A DNA stretch of 64,000 nucleotides from contig OX597835.1 of the NCBI GenBank assembly GCA_951406725.2, positions 12,462,001 through 12,526,000 on the forward strand, written 5' to 3'. Every line of letters starts with the position of its first letter. Within the stretch, counting starts at the first letter, position 1. The notes under the pieces are model-generated. The model saw nothing but the letters and a program-made list of their open reading frames with translations, did not search any database and was not told the origin of the DNA. This document shows, one piece after another, positions 50,681 through 64,000 of this stretch. The DNA comes from Octopus vulgaris (lineage: Eukaryota). The translations under genes and the position numbers were made by a program.

Positions 50681-51210
50681 TATTGGGTCGTCTGGAAAGT
50701 TCATGCCGATTTTTAAAGGTCAGTAAATACTTGCCACTACATTTTTAATCAACCAAATATGAACCATTTTGTTGCACAATGCGTCTCCATCTTTCCTTTA
50801 ACTTGAAAATACCCTCTTCCCAGAACTGAGGTGGTTTCATGGCAAAGAATTCATCAAGGTGTCGTTTTACGTCATCCAAGGAATTGAAATTTTTACCATT
50901 AAGACTATTCTTCAGAGACCTGAATAAGTGGAAATCCGAAGGAGCAATATCTGGTGAATATGGAGGGTGGGGTAACACATCTCAGCCGAGCATCAAGTGT
51001 CGAAAATGAACTTTCTTATCTTCCATTTTAAAGGGTTACAGAATTAACACAGGTTATAGGAACATAAATCTTCTTCTAAGAAAAGATAGCTTAAACTGTG
51101 CTCTAAATGGAAGTGTAGTCAAATCCTATTTTATGGACTCAACGATGTTCTGAAATAAGTCGAAAGGTAAGCTACTATAAATCGGTACGAACATTCCGGA
51201 CAACCCAATA
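50681..51210 (-). mobile_element. Internally deleted mariner (Tc1/mariner) element
   Basis: TA-flanked TIRs TTGGGTCGTCTGGAAAGTTC / GAACATTCCGGACAACCCAA; transposase N-terminus MEDKKVHFRHLML fused to G*DVLPHPPYSPDIAPSDFHLF...QNGSYLVD. Confidence 0.9.
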
Positions 51211-51933
51211 ATTTTAATTATTTAGTTTTCTTTTATAATGTTGTATGGATAGCAAAAATTGAAAGTGTTAAGTTATATTTTAAGCAAAAATTTTCTGTTT
51301 TCATGCATTCAACAAAGACAGATACCATAGATGGGTTACACCATGGTTCCTCTGCTTTGTGGCAGAAGTAGGAAGAAAGAGAGAAAGTTGTAAAAAAGTA
51401 CAGCGGGGTTCACCGCCCCAATGCCGGAGACTCGTGGTGCTTAGGTATTTTTGCTCAATAAACACTCACGATGCCCGGTCTGGGAACTGAAACCGCGTTC
51501 TTACGACCGCGAGTCCACTGCCCTAACCACTGGGCCATTACACTCCAAAGCTGTTGTTGTTGTAGTAATCATGGCATGAGATTAGGCTGGCTGCGTATAT
51601 TACAACGGAAGCAAAACTCCGAGTATTTAGCAACAGATTTATTTAAAGGTTGACCAAACATACATACATAAATGGAAGAGAGACTAGAATCCTCAATGGA
51701 AGAGAGACTAGAATATAAGGATCGACTTAACTGTGGTTTCTCAGCCATCAGTCATCTTGAGGATGCATAACCACCAAGTCTTGTTGAAGCTATGTCCTTG
51801 AGTTGCTGAGCGAGAGCTGAGTTGTGTCTTGTTTGAATGCCATGAGAAGATCAGGTTGATTTTTTTGTAGCTAGAGAAAACGGGTTCGAATCTGAAGATG
51901 ATGTTCTAACTGGTTGCCTGATCGCCTGCAAAC

Positions 51934-52078
51934 TATAAGGTTGTCCCAAAAGTTCGTAGAAAGTCTTGGAAAATAATGGTCTTTATTTTGAGGAATAATT
52001 TTTGTTGCTTTTGTTAGTACTTGGCGAGTAAAAATTCAATTTTCGCAAGTGTTTACGAACTTTTGGGACAACCTAATA
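51934..52078. mobile_element. Short mariner-type MITE
   Basis: TIRs AGGTTGTCCCAAAAGTTCGTA / TACGAACTTTTGGGACAACCT with TA flanks. Confidence 0.75.
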
Positions 52079-53182
52079 TTTGGTTGATTAATAAGGTTTT
52101 CACACAAGCACTGTATGCCCCAACTGTAGGTCGCTTATGATAACGAACCCATAACTTAACGGAAGGGGTTCAAATTCCAACAGGCTTTTTTATACCCCCC
52201 CTTCCCCGATGTCCAAAGAAATGCCCTATATTATCAAAAATCGCCATCGGTCACTGAACAATTGTAGTTCCAGTGCTTTATTAGGCCTACTGGTGGCCAA
52301 AACGAACTCCATTGTATAAGCAGAACACGAATGGTTATGTCGTGCTATGGAAATGGAACGAGACATTCAGCTACGGCGGAATGGTCCGGAGTTGGATGGA
52401 TTTCATTTATTTTCTCCAGAATAAGCATGACAAAATTTCGGTTTTAGATCTATCTTTTGGTGGATTTTCTGACATGCGAAATCTTATCGTAAGTCAAAGT
52501 CTTAAAAACTCTGAAGAATTTAGAACTGCTTTGCCGACATTTTCGATAATGGGGTTCGACTTCAGACTGGGGACTAACGGAAGAAATAAAAGCAAAAGAA
52601 CAATACTGAAGGAATGTGTCGCACGGCACGTTGCCCCCTTCAGCAAGGCACTTTATTTCATGTTGGTTCAGTCTACTCAGCTGTAAATAAGAACCACCCG
52701 GCAACTGTCACATCCTGATTTTACTACAGGGTTAAAGGACAGGAAGGCCTACGTCTGCTCGCGACCACACAGGCCGTAAAACAATTAACGAGAGCATGGT
52801 ACATACTACCCGGTCATGAGCGCTCGCGAGTGACGGCTGTGGTTCGCGGTGCTTAATGCATCTTTTAAGGCAAGAAGAGCGTGCGTTAGAAGAGGGATTT
52901 GGTTGTTATTTATAGCACCACAAGCGACCACATAGTGGTTCCCTCATTAAGCCGTTATTTCATGTGCTTCGTTTCCATGTTGTATACATCTAGAACATGT
53001 GTGTCGAGAGACAAAGGTTATATACATATATATTGAAAGAGTCGTTGCTATGGACACGGTATTAAAATTATATCGTACTGGATGAAAAGGAACGAATACA
53101 TGCGTGCATACATATATACATACATACACTACTTATATATGTATATACATTCTTATGCATGTATATATATATACACACATGA

Positions 53183-53229
<47 letters not shown>

Positions 53230-53335
53230 TGCACCCATATATTTGTTTTACAAACTTAAAAATAGATAAAACGACTTAAAGGAAACAATGGCTCCAGTTA
53301 TCACACGAAAGCATGACTCATGCATCAGCGCGTGC

Positions 53336-53434
<99 letters not shown>

Positions 53435-53532
53435 TATATACACACATATATATATGCATATATATATATATGTATGTATATGTATACATATTTATACATG
53501 TATGTATTTATGTATGTATGTATGTATGTATG

Positions 53533-53569
<37 letters not shown>

Positions 53570-53625
53570 GTGAATGGAGATAGTGTACTTTAGCTTGTGT
53601 GTAAGATGTATGAACATGAGCCATA

Positions 53626-53698
<73 letters not shown>

Positions 53699-53771
53699 AT
53701 ATATATATATATATGTGTATATAAATATATATACATATACATACATATATATGTATGTGTGTGGATACACA

Positions 53772-53803
<32 letters not shown>

Positions 53804-53859
53804 TGTATGTTTTTGTATCGATCTGTCTAGAGTTACACGATCTCAAAAGATATATACTC

Positions 53860-55067
53860 CACATAGCCTTCACCCTGTTGCCACGCAACTCTAAATCTTC
53901 TCACCATCATCTTTAACAAAACCACAATTTTTCTAGTCCCACTCGCTTCCTCAGTCTCTGTCTCTATCTTCACATCACTACACATAGTCTTACTCTCCAT
54001 TCTCAACCTTTCGCCTTCTTACCGGAATAATCTGTCACTTCCCACTCACGAATCGAACTTCCGCCCACGGCCTCTTCACATCTACGAATGCTCCCTACTA
54101 AGGCGGCGAGCTGGCAGAAACGTTAGCACGCCGGGCGAAATGCGTAGCTGTATTTCGTCTGCCGTTACGTTCTGAGTTCAAATTCCGCCGAGGTCGACTT
54201 TGCCTTTCATTCTTTCGGGGTCGATAAATTAAGTACCAGTTACGCACTGGGGTCGATGTAATCGACTTAACCCGTTTGTCTGTCATTGTTTGTCTCCTCT
54301 GTGTGTAGCCCCTTGTGGGTAATAAAGAAACGGAATGCTCCCTACTCAGTCCATGTTTCCCAAAACAACTCAGTTTCGACCCTGACATCGGACATTCCTT
54401 CCGTCTTTCCCCCCCTCTCCCAACAATCACAAATTCCTCCATTCAGTAGTCTTACACATCCATTATCTTAAACCGCTATTCTTCGTGTTTTTTTTTTACC
54501 AACTCTAAAGTGCGGTTGCTCCACCAATTCTTTGGTCGTTTCCCCTTTCATTCACAGGCCAATGAGAACGATGCATACAGTCCTTAGTTTTTATATTCTT
54601 TACTGGTGCTGAGCGATTCGATCCTTTGTAGATGTGTTTCAGACACGCGTCGAAACCGAGCGTTTCCTTCGACGAAACCAATCAAATGTCTTTCTTCCAC
54701 ATTAGGACCTTGGCCATAAATGTTTTCAACATTGGAGATAAGGTTGGTCAAATTTCCCGCTGGTGACGCCAATTAAGACACCTCTGCCTCCTTCGATACC
54801 CTTCACCTCTCCACACCATTCTCTACAACGGTTATAGGAAATTTAGCCTTAAACATATTTGCCGTGGGAAAAAAAATTCACGGTAACAAAATAAATTGCA
54901 AAGGCGTAGGAGTGGCTGTGTGGTAAGTAGCTTGTCTACCAACCACATGGTTCCGCGTTCAGTCCCACTGCGTGGCACCTTGGGCAAGTGTCTTCTACTA
55001 TAGCCTCGGGCCGACCAAAGCCTTGTGAGTGGATTTGGTAGACGGAAACTGAAAGAAGCCCGTCGTA

Positions 55068-55122
<55 letters not shown>

Positions 55123-55960
55123 TTGTGTGTCTGTGTTTGTCCCCCTAGCATTGCTTGACAACCGATGCTGGTGTGTTTACGTCCCCGTCACTTAGCGGTT
55201 CGGCAAAAGAGACCGATAGAATAAGTACTGGGCTTACAAAGAATAAGTCCCGGGGTCGATTTGCTCGACTAAAGGCGGTGCTCCAGCATGGCCGCAGTCA
55301 AATGACTGAAACAAGTAAAAGAGTAAAAGAGTAAACCACCCCCAAAATCCAAAATGATTTAGCTGTTTTCTTAAAATGACAACTTCATCAACCACCCTTA
55401 CCAATTAGAGAATGGTAATTTCTTTAGAATTAGTTCCCTACTTTACAGTATGTTTGTGTGACTCCTTCCTATGGCAAAGTTTTCAACGGCAAAAATGTTT
55501 ACGGAGAATTTTCTGGACACTATTACTACTACAACAAACACATAGATTCTTACCCCTTCCTCGACTTTTCTTCTCTGCCTATCCCACACCAAATTTCACC
55601 AACCCTTTCTCACCATTGCTCCAGCTCCACCGTCTTTGCAACAAAACTCTGACGCTGTATCCAAGACGAAACAAATCTGTTAAAAGCGAATACATCAACC
55701 TCGTCGAGGTGGGCGTCCCTTCACCGATCCCCCTCCTCTCCAACCATACCGTGGCACTCACGCCAGGATTCTCCTTTTCAAAGTTTGGGTTTCCTCCCAT
55801 TTAGATTCCACCCTGATACTTTTGGTCTCTTCAGCACTCCCACCTTCGCAGCGTTTACTTTCTGCCATTCGGGTCCGCCTCTATCTTCTCCAAACCTCCA
55901 CTTCTATTCTTAGGAAGAGATGCGGATCAATGCCACATTTTAGTCAGTAATTCTCTCACC
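53860..55960 (-). mobile_element. Fragmented RTE-like LINE remnants interrupted by SINEs
   Basis: Degenerate RT-like segments (RLMYS-type motif near 55690, KYQG near 55815); weak. Confidence 0.35.
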
Positions 55961-57926
55961 CCCATGCTCCCAGATCCAGTGCCTTATTTGTCCCATACAA
56001 CTACTCAACAAAACCCCATTCTAACTAATTCACTCCGTAGCTCGCAAACCACACACTGCACTAGACGTGGGCGAAACAGGTCACCGTTTGGGAGACAAGT
56101 TCTGTTAGTCTTGCTTAGTATTTATTTTCACTGCAGCATTATAAATTTTCTATCGACCTCCTAATCATTTGTGCAACCGTACACCCTTACTCACGCACCC
56201 ATTTATTTCTAGTCCGGGTAACAGCTAAATGTAATATTTGCAGAGGCGCGTAGTCTGTAATGAGGTCAATAAGCTAACATGGAGTATTTGTGTCATTGCT
56301 TAAAATATCTGTGTTGTTGTTTAAATACTTTAAACAAATATTCAAACAACTTGTTCATGTACTTCGGCTTTTCTGGCGAAGTATATCACTCGTTCCACTA
56401 AGAGAATATTCTCCCTCACAACCGTACGATTAAATTACACTTTGGTTGCAAGTTTTAATTTTAAACCATGTTCTGTTCGGGGAAATAAACTTAATGCAGC
56501 CTCGTATCAGTTTCCTGCTGTCTGTTGGTTGTTTGACAACAAATATTAACTGTGTGGCTCCTTACAGGGTTTTTGTTTTAGAATAACAACCAGAAGGATT
56601 ATTTAGAAACCCCAAGCAGTGGGCCTATATAGAAACGGTGTAGGGTTCGGAGATTGGATTCATTTCTATTCGTAGCTGAAGTTTATTAGCCCTATGTCGA
56701 CTTTGATGGAAGAGGGTATAATCAAAGGGTATGATCCTTTCTTTCTTTCTTTCTTTCTTTCTTTTTCCCTTCCTTCCTTCTTTGTTTGTTTCTTTCTTTC
56801 TTTGGAGAAATCAGCAGTGATAAGATCTGGTGATGGATGAACTCCACCAGATCTTTTAAGTCCCACCATATATCACGACGGTTCCCCTACGACATCGTTT
56901 AGTAGTTAAGGGCCGATAACCTGGCAAAGCACCCAGACACTTATATCCTTAAATATATTAATTTTTAAGACAGTAAAGTGTGATTCGAGGTGAATTTGCT
57001 TGCTATTTCTAGCTTGTCGTGCGACTACATCAAGACTCACTCAATGGCTTAGAGTTCAGCAAACACGTCTCTTGTAGTTTTACTGTCCACAGTAAGTAAA
57101 AACATTAGTTTTTAAGTATTCCGGTGTCATAATCCTCCGTTCAAGAAACGATTAATTGACCTGTCACATCACAGCTTACACAATGTTACGTAACAGGAGT
57201 TCAACAAATATAGAGTCAATAGAAATATCGTTAGCAGCGGCTATAAAAATAATATTTCCCGTTACGAATTCTTTGAAGTTTGTTTATCGATTTTTCAGCC
57301 TTAATTCCTATCCAAATAATTAATGTAAAAGAAGAAGCCATGCTTTGTGCCAGGGATAAAACCTTTGAAGGAGAGATTTATTACAAATGAATATAAGATT
57401 TCTTCTGCGATGTTTCGATATTATGATGCATTAGACCAAGTCCTCAGCTAATTTCGTGTATTATTGAACTGGAAGAAAGACGGCAATACATTAGTAAATC
57501 TTTAGTTAGACATGTTAATACTTTAGCTAAGCCAATTTCGAGTTCTTTTTGAATGAAACGCTATTTGATCCATCGAAACACGAAATAAAAGTTGAAACAT
57601 TGAGGTTTGCTTCTACAGATGTACAGATTGAAATCGATTTAGCTGAGTAGGTTGGCGGATAATGTGATAGTAGTATTATCTGAAGAAAACTTCAAGTATT
57701 TCTATGAATTCCGTTTCTATCGTTTCATGTTCTCTTTTGATGCAATATTTATAACAGTTAAATGACTGCCTGCCATAATAGCGAATATTGTCCTCTCTAT
57801 CTCTCTCTCTCTCTCTCTCAGACAGTCGCAGACATCACGATATTCTTGATGGAAGTTAGCAATCGCTATATGTAAAACATGGAATTCGAAAAGACGGGTT
57901 AAAGAAAGGGGGAAGAAAAGCAACAT

Positions 57927-58260
57927 TAATCCTTTTGTTACCATATTACTGTTCAAATACACTGCTTTTGTCTCAATTAATTCTGAAAATAATGAGCAAT
58001 ATTATAAAATACCTTTGTCATCAATAAGGTGGTTTATGAAACACAAATTGACATGAAATCACTTTAAAACAGTAAGTTTGTAACATAGAACCAGGGTCAA
58101 CCTCGGGAGACTGGTGTCAAAAGAGTTAATCCTTTTGTTACCATATTTCCGTTGAAATGTTTTGCCTTTGATTCAATTAATTTAGAAAATTGTGCGGAAT
58201 TTAGTAAAATAACTTTGTCACTATTAAGCTGGTGTTTGGAATATAAATTTAACATATTTG
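57927..58260. mobile_element. Two adjacent diverged MITE family 2 copies sharing a TTAA
   Basis: TTAATCCTTTTGTTACCATAT at 57927 and again at ~58126, directly after CAAAAGAGTTAA. Confidence 0.6.
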
Positions 58261-58859
58261 GAAATTAAACTTAGCTGAAATTTTGATAAAAGCTATTGTG
58301 CCATATAACGCGATTGTGCTCCAATTACCGCGATGCAGTGGTTAGTTGTCTATACAACTGCCGTCCTACCTAGCCACCGAGCTGACCGCTTTTTATCCGC
58401 GACAGCGTATTTAACAATGTGAAACTAAGTACATTTAGTTTTGTATCATCACAACATCCCCCTTTACTCTAAACAATTCACAGACTAATAAAACTGACAA
58501 ATGAAAACTGGGTTTCTTCTCCCTCAAAGAAAGAAAGAAAAATTGTTTTGTTGCAAGGGCAATACGCAACATTCACTTCAAATAACATGAACAGTTTTTA
58601 TGGTACAAAGTTTTTGTAGCGCTCCGGTGTTTTCACGGTTCTGCCTGATCTTGTGTTTCTGCGTTGTTCTCAGGAGGAGCATTTGTGATTTCTTTCTTGA
58701 GTCAAGTTTAGTAACATGTTCCAGGGAGTTTGTAGGGTCTGTAACCTGTTTCTTGGAGTTTTTAGGGTCTGTTGGACGGTTGTCTGTCTCTATGTTGTTG
58801 TGCGATCTGGCAGGCGTTTCCGTCATATGCAGTTTTTATTTGTACTTTCAATTTTTCAA

Positions 58860-59690
58860 GAAATTTTCTCTGTCTTTTATGTATAGTTATGCGGTTTCTT
58901 TGAAGTTTCCCAGGCTGTCGAATAGGTTTGGGCTTGTTTCTTTCATGCCTTCGATTGTTGTAAAATCAGGAGTTGAGTCCATAACGTGCTCACAATGTAT
59001 TGTGATTAATTTCATTGCCTTATATGTTGGTAACCCGATGATTGGTGGTCCATCCACCTCTACCACATAGAATTTGGCATCATGGAATTCGCTGCCGTTT
59101 GAGCGAAGCTGAAAATATATTGATCCCAACATTTAATTTCTTGGCCATTGTATGCCATCAGACGAATGTTTTTCTCTGGTTTTAGCATAACTGCGGTTGG
59201 AGTTGATTTGTACATCTGGCGATATGCACACATTGGCAATGTGTTGCCTGCTGCTCCCTTATCAACCTTTAATATTATTTGTCGTACCTTTTCTTTCTGT
59301 GGACATATGATATCCAATGTTGCAAATGCTTTATTTTGCATGCTTGAAATTTGTATGCGGTGGTAGGGATAACCGTTCTCTTCGCCTGAGTCAGTATGAG
59401 CCTTGTAGCTTGATTCTATAATATGGAATTTTCTGTGTAGTCTTTTTCCATGGCCATTTTTCTGCCTCGTTCTATCTTGTTTATTCCGTTGACGACAGAA
59501 TTTTTTTCCGGTGTCCCTTTTTGCTGCAGAAGTTGCAGGAATCATTGTATGCAGGGCGCTTTCTTGGTGGGTGCATTCGTCCACAATTTCCACACGAATG
59601 CTAGACAACATCTACATTGCTTGGTTCTGCGCTTGCAAGTTGTTGTATCTGACTTCTTCCTGCAAGAATAGCTTCAAATTTTCTATCCTC
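58860..59690 (-). mobile_element. Decayed Ty3/Gypsy-like gag-pol fragment (aspartic protease region)
   Basis: IILKVDKGAAGNTLP (degenerate DTGA), RLMAYNGQEI, and FYVVEVDGPPIIGLPTYKAMKLI in a shifted frame. Confidence 0.7.
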
Positions 59691-59916
59691 TATTAGGATA
59701 TCTTCAAATTTGTAAATTCCAACTATATATACATAGGCACACACATACATATATATATACACGACGGGTTTCTTTCAGTTTCCGTCTACTATATCTATTC
59801 ACAAGCCTTTGGTCCGCCCGAATCTACAGTAGAAGACACTTGCCCAAGGTGCCATGCAGTGGGACTGAACCCGGAACCATGTTTGGGAAGCAAGTTTCTT
59901 ACCACACAGCCATTCC

Positions 59917-59972
<56 letters not shown>

Positions 59973-61077
59973 ACAGACTTCTTTCAGCTATGTCTACCAA
60001 ATCTGTCCACAAGTGTTTCGTCACTCCCAGAAAAGAGTCGGAATCACTGGCTCACGTTGTCACGCAGTGGAACTGAACCTGGGACCATGTGATTGGGAAG
60101 CAAGCTTCTTATCCTACAGCCACTTTTCTTTTTACCGGTCTGTATATGCAATGTATATATCGCTCTCTGTACGTGTAAACCAAGTACGCCATATTTAAAC
60201 GCTTGGCAATATCTGCCATCTTAGTATTCGAGCAGACGACTTCAGTCGATCAAACATTTCAAATATTTATTTATTTATTTACCAATTTATAAACTTCAAA
60301 GATCATCTCAGCGGAACTTGCCGAGAATTCTGATACAAAAATTATTCAAATTATCTCCTTTTCTCCATTTAAATTCACATCTCTGAGAAAACAAACGCAT
60401 ATCAATCTCTCATCAGCGAAGCTGATTGTCGACGGTTCAATTCGTATTATTTCTAGTAACTTTTACTTCGTATGACACAAACTTAACGACTTTTATATTT
60501 TTTTCGCAATATCTTTTTCCCCAACATATTCTTTACAGTTTTGCGGTTTTCTTTTTTTCAAAATATCTGTTCTCTCCACCTCCTCATCACAAACCCTTCA
60601 TCTTACATCTTCCTTCCATTTTCAATCGGTGTCATTTAAATCTCTTACCAAGCTGCTTCCACTAACGACGTCTCTTCTTTGTTGTATTTTTTTCCCTTCC
60701 GTTTCTCATCTTTTCTATTCTCCTTCATGTTTTTTTTTCTCATCTTAATCCCACCCCTACGCCACCTCCTTCTTTATCTCCCATACTCGCTTTATTTACA
60801 CACACACACACACACACACATTTTAAAAGTATGTTTTCTTTTTGTTTTATACATATCTTACTCCGAATAACGATCTATGACGAAAACATTAAGTAATTTT
60901 TAGCTTTCTCTGAAGAGGCGATAGTCGAAACATAATGGCCAATTTGTATCGAAAAGCCGACTGAAATAAATCTGCTTTGTTCTTAACATCATGGATTTCT
61001 TCGATCGTATGATCTAGTTTATCTCTCCCCCACTCTCTCTCCCCTCTCTTCCACACTCTCTTTCCCCTCTCTCTTAT

Positions 61078-62510
<1,433 letters not shown>

Positions 62511-63619
62511 TGAGAACGGGAATGCACGAGCGAAGAGCAGATTGTTAATCAGTCTCTATTCTCTTCGCAGGCAAAGTTTTTACCGCCTGCCCTCATTAAG
62601 AGATCTCACAGAATCACACATCATTATTTCTTATTATTTATTATCCAACGATGATGTCTTGTACAATCTTTACAGTCAGTTCAGAGAAGTTAGTGACTAT
62701 AGAACGGGCGATGAGTATTTATAGTAGCTTTTAAGTGACTCCATTAATTTTATCTGCTCTTCTTTACCGTTAACAGGAAATAGTACATCATAGTTAACAA
62801 GTCTATAAGGAACCAAATTGTTTTGCTCTTCCCTCCCGCAGCCTTGTGTCCACGGGTTTGGCATTAAATAAGGAAATTTATCGAAGTACAATTTAATTGC
62901 CGTGTGATTTCTTCAAAACACTTTTGTCCCATTTAGAGGTGTTACTCTCTCTCTTTTACTCTTTTACTTGTTTCAGTCATTTGACTGCGGCCATGCTAGA
63001 GCACCGCCTTTAGTCGAGCAAATCGACCCCGGAACTTATTCTTTGTAAGCCCAGTACTTATTCTATCGGTCACTTTTGCCGAACCGCTAAGTGGCGGGGA
63101 CGTAGACACACCAGCATCGGTTGTCAAGCAATGCTAGGGGGACAAATACAGACACACAAACACACACACATATATATATATATATATACATATATACGAC
63201 AGGCTTCTTTCAGTTTCCGTCTACCAAATCCACTCACAAGGCATTGGTCGGCCCGGGGCTATAGCAGAAGACACTTGCCCAAGGTGCCTCGCAGTGGGAC
63301 TGAACCCGCAACCATGTGGTTGGTTAGCAAGCTACTTACCACACAGCCACTCCTGCAGCGAAGAACATAACTTTCTTCTTTTGTATCGTTTCCTTGTATC
63401 AGGCATTAATTAGACTGCGGCCATGCTGGGGCACCGTCTTGATGAATTCTCAGTCGAATGACTCGACCCCGATACTTGCTTTTTTTTAAAGCCTGGTAAG
63501 CATTCTATCGGTCTCTTTTGCCGAACTGCTATTGTTACGGGGACGTAAACACACCAATACTGGTTGTCAAGCGGTGGTCTCACACACATACACACACACA
63601 TTTACACCCACACCCACAC

Positions 63620-63671
<52 letters not shown>

Positions 63672-63892
63672 TTTGTTGTACTTCGGGACGGTCATTTTAA
63701 TTTATTATTTTTTTTTTTTGCCAAATAAACACACGCACTATATATTTTTTCTTCACTTGTTTATTTCTGTTGGTTTGTTATTTTTATTAGTTTGACCACC
63801 ACCACCACCACCACCACCACACCCACCACCACCAGGAACAATAATAATAACAACAACAAGAAAATAATGACACCGTCACTACTAACAAAAGA

Positions 63893-64000
63893 AGGCGCGT
63901 GGCTTAGTGGTTAAGGTAGTCGACTCACGATCGCAAGGTCATGAGTTCAATTCCCGGCGACGCGTTGTGTCCGCGAGCAAGACGTTTTATTTCATGTTGC
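63893..64000 (+). mobile_element. tRNA-derived SINE 5' end, cut by the window edge
   Basis: GGCGCGTGGCTTAGTGGTTAAGG A box and GAGTTCAATTCCC B box, no closing acceptor stem. Confidence 0.65.

Noticed and set aside
54584-54772. 62-aa minus-strand ORF with protein-like composition
   Set aside because: No recognisable motif or splice context; it lies among LINE fragments.
56050-56105. DVGETGHRLGDKF peptide, GIY-YIG-like
   Set aside because: Probably a tiny Penelope-like relic, but too short to annotate with boundaries.

Overview
AT-rich, repeat-dense animal genomic DNA; the SINE families and microsatellite load look like an octopus/coleoid cephalopod (inference). One spliced protein-coding gene can be rebuilt on the + strand from 9321 to 32761. 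It has ~10 exons with consistent GT-AG phases, encodes ~405 aa, and is a telomeric repeat-binding factor (TRF/TERF-like) with an N-terminal TRFH-like domain and a C-terminal telobox Myb domain. The rest is mobile DNA: at least four SINE families, TTAA-flanked MITEs, a hAT MITE, an internally deleted mariner, and decayed Penelope-like, CR1/L2, RTE and Gypsy remnants. There are two TE-derived tandem arrays: 10 MITE copies at 17.2-19.6 kb, and a 33-copy SINE/MITE chimeric satellite with higher-order structure at 34.5-42.2 kb. The most unusual signal is a set of dispersed hammerhead-ribozyme-like motifs in small inverted-repeat elements, including one behind a tRNA-like Pol III head. Most ORFs in the supplied track are repeat artefacts. 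All homology calls are by eye; no searches were run.
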